A DNA stretch of 64,000 nucleotides from the human T2T-CHM13v2.0 reference genome, Homo sapiens, in assembly GCF_009914755.1 (NCBI RefSeq), contig NC_060933.1. One strand, written 5' to 3'. The position numbers and the translations under genes are program-made. A model generated the notes under the pieces. The model searched no databases. It had not been told where the DNA came from and saw nothing but the letters and a program-made list of their open reading frames with translations. How positions within the stretch are numbered: position 1 is the first letter of the stretch; each line of letters starts with the position of its first letter. Below are positions 48,791-64,000 of this stretch, piece by piece.

Positions 48791-49364
48791 TTACTATATT
48801 GAAAGAGGAAGGGAAGCTGGTGCAAGTTGAGGGACCCACTGATGAACTGCAGGGTATCCAATGTTGCCCCTGTGTTTGGGCTGAGGGAGAAGCAGCTTCT
48901 TAGCTTCTGCTATGCTGACTTATCTTGTGATCTCTGTCCCAGCCCTTGGCTGCCTCTCCTCCTTGTCCCCAGGCCTGCACCATTCCATCTGCCTCCTGAT
49001 TATTCACTGACAGCTGCCTTTTCCCTCACCCTTTGTTCTCAGTTTTTAAAAATCCAATGGGGAGAAGCTTGGATTCAAATGATAGCATTTTCAGCTCATG
49101 AAAAATTCTATAACAAGTGTATTTGACCGTTTGATCTCTGGCTTCTCCCACACACTTGCCCTTTATACTCTGACAGCCATAAGCTTCATTTCCTTGAAGC
49201 AGATTGCAATTTCAATGGAAAGGAAATAATTGTGTAGCTTTCAAGCTGAGTTCAGTTCTAAAAAGGACTGAGCAAAGCTCAATCCTGGGCTATTGTAGAA
49301 TCTTAGTCACTGAATCAGGCAGTGAAAGAGCTCTCTCCAAGCTTCATGGTTATGATCTTGAAAA

Positions 49365-49510
49365 ACACCAGAGCTAGGTTCAAATTCCAGCCATACCATT
49401 TCCTAACTGTGTGATTTTGGCAAATCACACAAATACTTAAAATTCTTTCGACTCGGTTTCCTCTTCTGTAAAATGGGAACACTAATTAATGCTCACCTCA
49501 AAAGGTTGTT
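49365..49510 (+). mobile_element. MIR
   Basis: ggttcaaattccagc...ctgtgtgattttggcaaatcac...ctcggtttcctcttctgtaaaatggg. Confidence 0.75.
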
Positions 49511-49679
49511 CATTCATTCAACACATATTCGTTGGGTGCCTCCTGTGTGTCAAACTGTTTCAGTCCAGTGAGGAAGATGGACATGAATCCAAGAGTCACC
49601 AAAAAAATGTAAAGTGGCACCTGTGATGAGTCACAAAGGGGAGGTATATGAGAAAGTGTGTGACAGTATCTAACAGGTG

Positions 49680-49805
49680 AGGGCATTATATAATTTATTG
49701 TTGCAAACAGGACATTTTTGAGCATGTAAGAGGGTGTGTTAATTGTCCTGGAACAACAGGCATAAATCAGGACTTTCTGGGCAAACTCAGGCCCTACCCC
49801 ACTCT
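49680..49805. mobile_element. MER94-like hAT-Blackjack MITE inserted in L2
   Basis: atataatttattgttgcaaacaggacatttttgag...ggaacaacaggcataaatcaggac. Confidence 0.55.
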
Positions 49806-49829
49806 TACCTACCCTTAGTATAAGAGGGA

Positions 49830-50430
49830 AGGTTGGGAAAGGCTTTCCTGGGGAAGGGAAGAAGAAACTGAGATCCGCGGAATAAGTGAGGATTCCTAGG
49901 CAAAAAGAGGAAGACAGAGTGGTTTAGGCCAAGAGAGCAAACAGTGGTGCAAGACTCTAAGGCAGGACAAAGCATGGAGCCTGCAGAGAACAGACAGAAG
50001 GTCAGTGTGATGAAGATGGGAGGGGTGCGTGGCTTTAAACACAGGCCCCTTGCTTGTTGGTTTGCCCTGTAGGTGTTAAGAAATGAGGCTATATCAAGGT
50101 GAATTTTAAGTAGAGGTGGCACCTCTACTTAAGACCAGACTTGCAGCTTTAAACATCAGTCTGGCTGCAAGGCAGAATGGATTAGCATTGAGTAGTAGTT
50201 CTGGCCTTGGCTTTCCAGAGGAAACTTCTAAACAATATCAAAGCCTTGGTGTCACCCACAGAGATCCTGATTTAATTAGTTTAGGTTGGCTCCCAGTAGG
50301 TTATAAAGTGTGTCAGGATTGAGATTCACTGTAGAAGGAAGTGTGAATATGGAGAAGAATAATTACAAGGCTATTGCAGTAGCCCGGGTAAGAAGTGATG
50401 GAATAGGTTCATGGCAGTGGGTTTCTGAAG
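49830..50430 (-). mobile_element. L2 fragment (with MER5-like insert ~50215-50335)
   Basis: gggaaaggctttcctgggg...ggctattgcagtagcccgggtaagaagtgatg. Confidence 0.6.
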
Positions 50431-50900
50431 CAGTGGTTCTCAAACTGTAGTGGATTTGAGTATCACCTGGAAGTCTTATTTATTTATTAGAGATGGTCTC
50501 ACACTGTTGCGTAGGCTAGAGTGCAGTGGTATAATCATAGCTCACTGCAACCTTGATCAGCCTTCATCTCCTAGGCTCAAGCAATCCTGCCACTTCAGCT
50601 TCCTGAGTAGCTGGGACTACAGGCATGGACCACCATGGCTATTTGTTTGTTTGTTTTTAATAGAGACAGGGTCTCACTCTGTTGCCCAGGCTGGTCTCAA
50701 ATTCCTGGGCTAAAGCAAGCCTCTCTCCTTGGCCTCCCAAAGTGCTGGGATTATAGCCACTGCACCTTGGCACGGAAACCTTGTTAAAATGCAGATATCT
50801 GGGTATCATTGATTTAGTAGGTCGTGGATGGGGCCTGAGAATTTGCATTTCTGACAAATTACCTGGAGGCGCTAGTTGCTAGTTTAGAGATCACACTTAG
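50430..50900. mobile_element. MER5A interrupted by AluJ (50477-50770, minus)
   Basis: gcagtggttctcaaact...atcacctgga | cttgttaaaatgcagat...gggcctgagaatttgcatttct. Confidence 0.8.
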
Positions 50901-51836
50901 CATCTAGTGGGTAGTGGTCAGGGATGCTGGTGAATATCATACAATACACAGAACAGCCCTTTTGCTGATCACTGATCGAGCAAAAAAACCATCTGATGTG
51001 GTAGATAACATCAACAGGATTTGATCAGCAGGGTAAAGGACAACTCCAGGACTCTTACAGTTTTCTGAATTTCACAACTAAATGACGAGTTTCACTATTC
51101 ATTGACATTCAGGAGACAGCCCTACAGACCTGAGAAGATGGTGAAGTCAAAGCTACACATATATTTGAGGGTTACCTTTGAAACAGCTAAGAGGATACAT
51201 CAAGCAGGAACATATATGTGGAACCTGGAAGGGAAGATCATTACAGATATAAACTTGGGGATCATTAAAGCCAGGAACTTATCAATGGCATCAGTCAGTT
51301 CTCTTTTCTTTTACTCTTATCATTGGTGTCAAAGCTCTGGCCTCTTTTTGTTGGTTCCACTCAGGTGCCGTGATCCTCCAGCCTCAGCACCTTGCTGTGA
51401 GCTCTCCTTGGGAGGCTGCCTCTCCCTCCTCCTTCAGAATTTACCCCCTACTTCTCCTTTGGGTCCCACCTCTCAGGCTTGGTCATGTGTGGCATTAGCA
51501 AGCAGGTGTGCGTGTTTCCTTCTGAAGCACAAATCAAAGCCATGGTTATGTATCTGTGGGATTATTTGCTAAATGGCCACCTCTCCTGCTAGATTCTAAG
51601 TTGCCTGCAGTGACTGGAGAACATCCCTAGGTATCAGATGCTCAATGTCTTACACTTATGGAACCGTCAAAGACAGCTGTTAAATGTCCAATGGGTCAGT
51701 TAGGGAGATGGTGGTTGTTAAAACTGTGATGAGTTCTCAGGAAGAGGGAGAAGCAGTTACCTTTGTGAAGCAGTTGTTGGTATTTACTTAGTAATGAGAT
51801 TAAATTTCCTAGGACAGTGGGTGTGTGAACCAGCAA

Positions 51837-51855
51837 TAGCGCCATCTGCTGGAAG
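51837..51855 (-). promoter_or_regulatory. Candidate CTCF binding site
   Basis: Minus strand ttCCAGCAGATGGCGCTA matches the CCASYAGRKGGCRS core, apparently in non-repeat DNA. Confidence 0.65.
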
Positions 51856-52113
51856 TAAGTGATACAACAACTATTATCTTGACTAGGCTCAGGGCTGTTA
51901 AAACAGTATTGCTCTGGGAGAAAAGAATCATTTTTTTTAAGGTTAAAAATGTGAGTAAAATTCTTTAGAGTGAAGATAGAATTTCTTTTGAAATGGTTGG
52001 AAAAATTGGATAATTATTGAAAATAGTGTTCAGTTTTCAAAGAGGAGAGAAACCTTCAAGTCACTGTAATTAAGAGAAGTTTTATTGAAAGAACACATGG
52101 AATAAGGAAGTTA

Positions 52114-52660
<547 letters not shown>

Positions 52661-52954
52661 AAATGGAAACAGGCGAAAACCTAGGCTTCTCAAAGACTGA
52701 AGGGTATTTTGGAACTGACTGGATATTGCTCATCTCTGGCTGGTTGTGTTGCAGCCTCGTTGGTGGCAAGTGCAGACCCTCAGTCAGTGACCTCCTTTGT
52801 TGCTCTTCCATCAAAGGGCCCCCTTCTCCTGCCCAGGCATGGTGTTACTAATATGGCGATGGTAGGGGCAGGGGCTGCATCTATGACGGGGAGAGGTATG
52901 AGAGTATACTCATCATTCTGCTGTTGTCTTTGTTAGTTTGTTTCTAATTTCTAT

Positions 52955-53510
52955 TGTTGGGGAGAAAGATAAATTCTTCCCTAACCTCTTGGGATCTTCA
53001 CCTGGGTCTAAGAATTAAATCACTGTAAGACAGGTTAACAGGAGAAAAATATATGAGTTTTATTGATTTTTACATGTACGCGGAGACCCTCATGAGACAG
53101 CAGAAGACCTGAAGAAATGGACAAAGCAGAAAGCTCTAATACCTTTTAGACAGAGAAACCATAAATTCATGAAGAGCTGACAAGACAAAGGGGTTTGGGC
53201 CAGTGGCAGTAAATTGTGGGAATTCACTAGGGAGGTGTAAAGATAGAGGAAGATAAGGGATAGTTTAGAAAGTTTATTTGTACAGCTCCATTGCAGCATC
53301 AACTCCCAGTCAATGGTGATAAGAGTTATTTTCTTATTCTGGTACAGGGAGGGCAACTTTCTTAAATAAATCTTTTTGGCTTACGACAGGTAGAAGAGGG
53401 CAGATCACATAGCCCTTTCCGGCATCTGCTGTTTCTCAGGTGACTTTAGCTCAAAATAATCAACATGCCACATCAGCAAATTTTGGGGTGACATGGCCTG
53501 TTTCGCTATG
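52955..53510 (-). mobile_element. ERV1 solo LTR (MER34-family-like)
   Basis: agctcaaaataatcaacatgcca...ttttggggtg; aagacaggttaacaggagaaaa. Confidence 0.65.
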
Positions 53511-53565
53511 ATAATGGGAAAGAAATCAGACTTTTTAACTTTGAATTAGAAAACACAAACTTTGA

Positions 53566-54180
<615 letters not shown>

Positions 54181-54324
54181 TAGACAGAACTTCTGTGTAT
54201 GGCTACTTCATAGACCCCGACCAGCCTACATATTGTTTGCTCTAAGGTCTAGTGCCCTCTCTTATTTCACTAAGATACAGCCACTGTTGGTGGGGGAGTC
54301 ACATAACATGGAACATAATCACTG

Positions 54325-55410
<1,086 letters not shown>

Positions 55411-57882
55411 TTCAACAATTGGGACTATCAGTTCACAGTTTCAATTGTAAAAAAAAAAAAAAAAAAAAAAGACAGAAATAGAAAAAGAACAATTGAAAGT
55501 ACTTGCTTTCTCATCCACGAAAAAAGTTGGTCAAAGCCTCTTAGTGTAAGTCTATAGCAGATGATGCCTGATAAGGAATTGTACATACCGTTCTTCGTGA
55601 AAACCAAGAGTACCATGTATGTAACATAGTTGCTTTGGGCTTCTTATAGCAGTTAAGAGTGTATCAGCAGGCCTCCATGGTATTTGAATGTTAAAAGCTT
55701 TCATTCCCCCTGGAAGAAAACACATAGCTAACTAAAGAAAGAAAAAAGAAGGGAAAAAGAACAAAGAAAAAGAACCACTAGAGTCTCTGAAAAGAGCTTA
55801 TGAGATACCTGACTGTCTGCGCCTTCTAAGTATGTACCATGAAACCTTAGATTCCTACCTCATTTTGTGATGGTGTAGAAGGCACATTGGCCACCAGCAA
55901 CCCTTGTAAATATTTGCGGATTTGAATTTCACAAATTGAAACCCAGACTGCTGAGGGCTTTGCTGCTAACGTCAAAGAGCTGGGGCAACTACCACAAAAC
56001 CACATGTGGGAGACTTTTTAGATGAGGAGATAGGAAATTCCTAATAAGAAAAGTTTTTTTGTAAAATACTTTCTAATGCTGGCTCTTTAGAGAAGCACAT
56101 TTTACATGTGCAATGGTGCAAAGTCCTAGCACTAAGATTTCTTCACTCACAGAAAGAAAGAATGATGCAGGTGCTGTTCACATGCGGCCGGAACCATGCC
56201 CTTGCCAAGCAGGTCAGCGGGGCACAGGGACTGCGCTCCTCATGATAGTGCAGATTGGCTCGGAAGTACTCAATTCTGTGGAGTCACAGCGCCCTCTGAC
56301 AGATTTCAGTTTCTGGAAAAGGAAGGGCCCCCTTCAGGGTACCTGCTGTTCACCTTCCATTAGATTAAGGTTGAAGAGCGAGTGGCCATTTGTAGGTACT
56401 GGTATGAGATGTTCCTAGCTACCCGCATGTCAGCCCCGGGAAACGGCAACATTTCCCACCCTTCTTACCCTGGGTCCTGAGTAGGAATAAAAGTTAGTGA
56501 TTCTTAGGGGCATATTGAGAGCTGGCAATGATACCTCTCACAAATCCATCCCCCAGAGATAAGGGGTCCCCCATGCCTTTGATGTATTTGGGAGCTGTGC
56601 TGTATGTGTTCTCTTTGGCTCCCCAGTGGAGAATAATAACAATAACAACCGCGTACTAATACAACCCAGATGTCAGCACAGACCCTCTGTTCTCTGTCTT
56701 CCCTGAGATATCTGTATCTTCTCAGGGATTACTGTCGGTTCAGGCCTGGCTCCTGCTTTCAGCTTGTGGGAAAACTCACTCCATCTTCATTCCGTAACCT
56801 CACATCTCCTATGCCAGTTCCCTTCTCTGTGCTCCATGCTGAACCAAATGCCACACTCATCCCCTTTGCTTTGAATTATATGAAAAAAAGAAAAAACCCT
56901 CATGGGGACTTTATGTGTAACAGTCTTCACTGCACATTTGATAACACAGATGGGGGTTTATATCCTAGCAGAGCAGATATTGTCAATGGAAAATGGAAAC
57001 AAAACAAAACACAAAAGACAATCTTCAGCCATCACTATGTAGCTTGGCTATCATCTTTTGCTTTCTCCTTTACTTCTGGAGTCCCCCCACATACCCTCAG
57101 AAATGGAGATAGACTCTACATCAATCTCTGCTCTGGGAAATCTACTCACATATCCAAAGGCAAACTAACAAGCTCTTGCTCCGACAACCCATCGACTTGG
57201 GGTCTCATCCCTCCCTGCCTACCAGTCTCTGTGACTGAAAGGGGCCCATACAGAGACTTATTTTCCCAGGAACGTGAATGATATCCTTCTCCTGTTCCTT
57301 GACCTTGGGAGGCAGATTTGATTATGGTCAGCTTTGATTCAAAGTAAGTTTTTTTTTTTTTCTCCCTTAGGAGAATGTTGTGAGGTGCTGATTGTTCTCT
57401 GCTTCATAATCGTATCACTTATTACTGATAATCTTTTTCTGCCCCCAGAGGTTGCTGAAGAATGTAGCATATACAGTGGACACAGAGCCCTGATAATACA
57501 ATTACTAAATTCTCCAAGGTTGAGGGCCTGGTCTTAGGTCATGAGATTACTGATCCTTGCCTTCTGCCTGCTAGGAAGGCCCAACTAATTTCACAGTCTT
57601 TATCAGTGAACCATAGTAAAGGGGGACCAGAAGAGAAAAAGGTTATGTCTTTTGGGAAAATGCCAAAATCATATTGTGAAAATCCTTCCTACTGTTCTTC
57701 TCATGGGAGGGGGAGGACTTTGGACTTGTTTCTCTCCTTTTCCTGTACATTTGGGGATGTCAGAACCGTCTGTTTCCTCATCTACACGTGGTTAGATGCC
57801 GACAACAATCTCTTCTCTTAAAATTGCTTACTATTAGACCAGCAGAGTGTTTGGTATTAATTGAGCAAGGAGGAATTTGTAG

Positions 57883-58239
<357 letters not shown>

Positions 58240-58487
58240 ATTTCCCACTATTTTGTTGATAAAGACATTTGGATTTCCCTGCATTAGGCAGATGTGGAAG
58301 AAGATGGAAGCGATGAAAACCTTCTTGCCAAAATCTCCCAAAAGACCTGGCCAGTGGGTGAGCAGATCTCAGTTACAAAAAGCCTATAGGTTGAATTTTC
58401 TAAGAAAAGGCCTGGGGAGGAGGTACCAGGAGTCCAAATTGAAGTTCGATTTTCATTATCACAGATTTTCATATCTCTCTATCTCCC

Positions 58488-58760
<273 letters not shown>

Positions 58761-58789
58761 TGCACTTTTTGCTGTCAGTAAAAGTTAAG

Positions 58790-59100
58790 CAAAAGTCTTG
58801 CTGAGAGACTGATATTTAAATAACTATTATAATGCAATGTAAAATTACTGCAAGAGATATGAACACAGTGCTCAGGAAGCTTAGAGGAAGGAGAAACCAA
58901 GTCCTTAGTGATGGAAGGTGGGCTGTCAAGGAAGGCTTTGTGGAGGTTGTGTAATTGTAGGATGAGGGCCATGTAGTAGGTCGACGGGGCCCTCGTGTGC
59001 CAGGTGGAAGGAAGCCATTTAAGTCTTTTAAGCTGAGTGGTGGCATGATTACAAGTGCACTTTAGAAAAATCTCTATGGCAGCAATGTGGAGGATGAAGT
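58790..59100 (-). mobile_element. L2 fragment
   Basis: gtcaaggaaggctttgtggagg...tttagaaaaatctctatggcagcaatgtggagg. Confidence 0.6.
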
Positions 59101-59689
59101 AACAAAAATATACACTTTGGTTCATTTTGTTCTAAATGGCAACTTTACCTTTAACTGTGTACAGAGCTTACTGACTATACTCAAGCAACAAAATGCACAC
59201 TTGGAAATCCTGTGTCACGTGCCTATACTAGCTTTGTCGCTGATTCAGCATATACACATCCTCCAGTGTGACAGGATTGTGTATGGAAACAGGTAAGACT
59301 GGTGAATACTAGGCTGTGTTCAAGTGTAGAGTCTCATGATTATCACCAATACTGTGGGCTCTCCCTCTTTTAGATGAGTTTTTCTACCATATCTTTGGCT
59401 TTACAAAATATATTAACACAGTTTCATAATAGATCTCTTGGAATATGGTCGTTTGGTGTTAAGCATTCTATCTGGCAAAATGAAAAATAAGATGGTAAGA
59501 GTTATCCTACAAAAATCCTAATGTTCTCAAGCTACTGCTGAAATTCTTTTTCTAGTAATTTACAAAAAAGTCCCCATTTTCTTGTAGAAATAAGCCAATT
59601 AAAAAAAGAAAAAAATTAAAATAAAAAATTAAAGTTCTTAATGATAAATTATATTAAAATTTATTTCCTGTTTTACCCTATATCCTATG

Positions 59690-59878
59690 AGCGTGGTTCT
59701 CAAACTTCGTTCAGTGCATACCAGAATCATCATGTGCGCTTGTTAAACAGAGGTCTGGGTTCCACCCCCAGAGCTTCTGATTCACTTCATGGAATCTGAG
59801 AACTGGCATTTCTGACAAGTTCCCAGGGGATGCTGAGGCTGCTGGTCCAGGGACCACACACTGAGAAATATTGTTCTG
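59690..59878. mobile_element. MER5A
   Basis: gtggttctcaaactt...cagaatca...ttctgacaagttcccagg...gctgctggtccagggaccacac. Confidence 0.8.
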
Positions 59879-59925
59879 AAATAATAACAGCTAATTTTTG
59901 TTAGGCAGTTTCTGTGTTCCAAATA

Positions 59926-61073
<1,148 letters not shown>

Positions 61074-61250
61074 GACCTTACTTGTTGTAGCTCGTTTAAT
61101 CCTCATGGCAATGCTAGGACACAGGTGGTTTTAGTATAATATTATTACAAATGAAGAGCCTGAGACTTGAGAAAGTAAGACAACACACTCCAGGTCACTC
61201 AGCCAATTAGTGGTGAGCAAGAATTGAACCCAGATTTGATATGCGAATGA

Positions 61251-61584
<334 letters not shown>

Positions 61585-62293
61585 CTTATTGGTGTATTTT
61601 TATTTCCCAAGTATGACACCTGTTCAGAGACTTTGGAACCCTGAGAACATTTTGTTGGTGTGTTTTGTGACTAATATTGCCTTTTTCTGAGATGAATGCT
61701 GTTCTTTGAAAAAACATTTGTATTTTTAGATAGAAATGTACTTCATCCCCAGTGAATATTTCTGACTTTAGAGAAATTGCCAAACCTGCTGACTCATAAC
61801 AAAAATAAAGAGCATCTACTATTCAGTTTATGGCTTTTAGTTTTGGGAGGTGGTAGGAGGAAGGATAGATTACCACCCACTATAGATCATTTTATTTTCA
61901 TTTTATTTTAATGCCATTTACCAGTATTGTGTATATGGAGGTGGTCTTGAGAGCTTTGTGGAGATTATTTTTTCAATAGTACAGATGGCTCTGATAAATA
62001 TTTAAGGCATCTTGGGAAACAAGAATACCATCCTGACTCAGGAGAAATTGGTCACGTAAATCACTTTGTTTCAAGTGCTTTGGCCTCTGAGCATCTCAAA
62101 TGGACACATACTTCATTGGCTTATTAACTCATTGCCGGAGTCACTGAAGGCCCAAACTACAACTTCATGCCTGACCACACACCAAGGCTTTTTTATTGCT
62201 TAGTTTTCTGGCTCTTTGCCTATTCTGCTCTCCCTACCCATAACCATGTGAGTATCATGTCCAGCAAACTAACTTACTCCTTCTCTCTCCCCA

Positions 62294-62296
<3 letters not shown>

Positions 62297-62330
<34 letters not shown>

Positions 62331-62352
62331 ACACTCCACACGCACACATACA
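62297..62352. repeat. (CA)n microsatellite
   Basis: Direct reading. Confidence 0.9.
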
Positions 62353-62449
62353 CAGAGCATTTTTCATGGGTATGTTGTCAGACAGATTTCTCTGTTCTGA
62401 AGGCTCATCTCCTTAGAGAACCTTACCGTGTCAATGTTGCATTTAGTTT

Positions 62450-62979
<530 letters not shown>

Positions 62980-63419
62980 TGTTGTATTTAGTTTTAACAC
63001 TGTTATCTTCTCAGATTGTAATGAGAGAACAGGCTATCATCACTTGGTGATAAAATTTCCTGTAATTATAATCTCATTCTCAAAGATAAAACATTGATAC
63101 CTAATGTGCTTTTAACTTTAATGCCAATTTATCACAATGGAAGACATTTCAAATAAATACTGTTTTTTTGTTCATAAGGTCTTAAAAATCTTGAATATAA
63201 CTGCAAAAAAGCATTACATGTTAAAAGAAATCACAAAATTAGTTAAGAAAGGAGCCAAACTGAAAGAAGATTATATTTCTATGCCCTTGAATCTTTACAA
63301 AATTTAGTAAAAACTATTAATATAGAATTATTTACAAGAGACTTCTCTATTTACCAGCCCAATATCTTCACATTTCTACAATCTAAGGGGAGGTGATTGT
63401 GGCCAGAAAAGTTTCTGGG

Positions 63420-63640
63420 CTCTGGTATTGCAGTTTTCCTGCACTTACCACCATCCGGCATGTTATATATTTTACTTATTTTTCTTGCTTATTGCTGTCT
63501 CTTTCCACAAGTTCCATGAGCAGAGACAGTTTATCTGTGTTTTTTACGGCTATTCTCAATGTCTGTAACAGTGTCTAACGTACTATAGTCATTAAAGAAA
63601 TGCTGGTTGGGTGAATTCAGAAATAAATTAGTAAATAGGT
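63420..63640 (+). mobile_element. L2 3' end
   Basis: aagttccatgagcagagac...acagtgtctaacgtactatagtc...atgctggttgggtgaat. Confidence 0.65.
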
Positions 63641-64000
63641 GAAGCATGTTGGTTTAATATTCATCATCAGAACTTAAAAACAGTTTAAAGAACCTCAACT
63701 GAGTTTTGTACAATAAGTAGTGACAAGGTGGGACAGAGGTAATTTCTTTGTATCTCTGAGGCTTTCCATTTCATGAGGAACATAGAATAATATGTGTTTC
63801 CAAATGCAGTGTTCAATATCTGAAGAGTATATATCATCAGTATAGAAAATAGACAACACATGTTAAAGGGAATGTAAAAATTCTAGATGATTTTTAAGGT
63901 ATGTATGGTTTAATCAATTGTTTATATGCTATTCTCTTCTCTTAAAATGAAATAATGCGAATGAAAAAATAAACCTTACAGGTAGTTTCTGGGAAATTCA

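Noticed and set aside
56670-57281. Longest non-Alu ORF (203 aa)
   Set aside because: No recognisable domain or family, and no supporting promoter or splice structure. One ORF of this length can arise by chance. BLASTp/PhyloCSF would be needed to reconsider.

Overview
This 64-kb window is primate genomic DNA (human-like; the species and locus cannot be fixed from the sequence alone), either intronic or intergenic. I found no credible protein-coding exon, RNA gene or CpG island. The supplied ORFs are almost all Alu/LTR-derived or random. I count about 63 Alu elements or fragments (FRAM/FLAM, AluJ, AluS incl. Sp/Sc-like, AluY), roughly a quarter of the window, many with readable target-site duplications (TSDs). 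They are layered over older L2, MIR, L1, MaLR/ERV1 solo LTRs (MLT1, THE1, MER34-like) and DNA-transposon relics (MER2, MER20, MER5, MER94-like, Tigger4b). The only protein-like signal is a decayed hAT-Tip100 (Zaphod-like) transposase on the minus strand at ~4.2-6.5 kb. The observations most worth checking are an AP-1 motif cluster (16.3-16.7 kb), a near-consensus CTCF site (51.84 kb), a monomeric Alu with a non-canonical 3' tail retroposed as a unit (38.65 kb), several Alu rearrangement scars, palindromes apparently perfected by template switching, and G4/Z-DNA-prone tracts. I did not find evidence of a previously undescribed biological system. Repeat subfamily names come from recalled consensus similarity and need RepeatMasker/Dfam confirmation.
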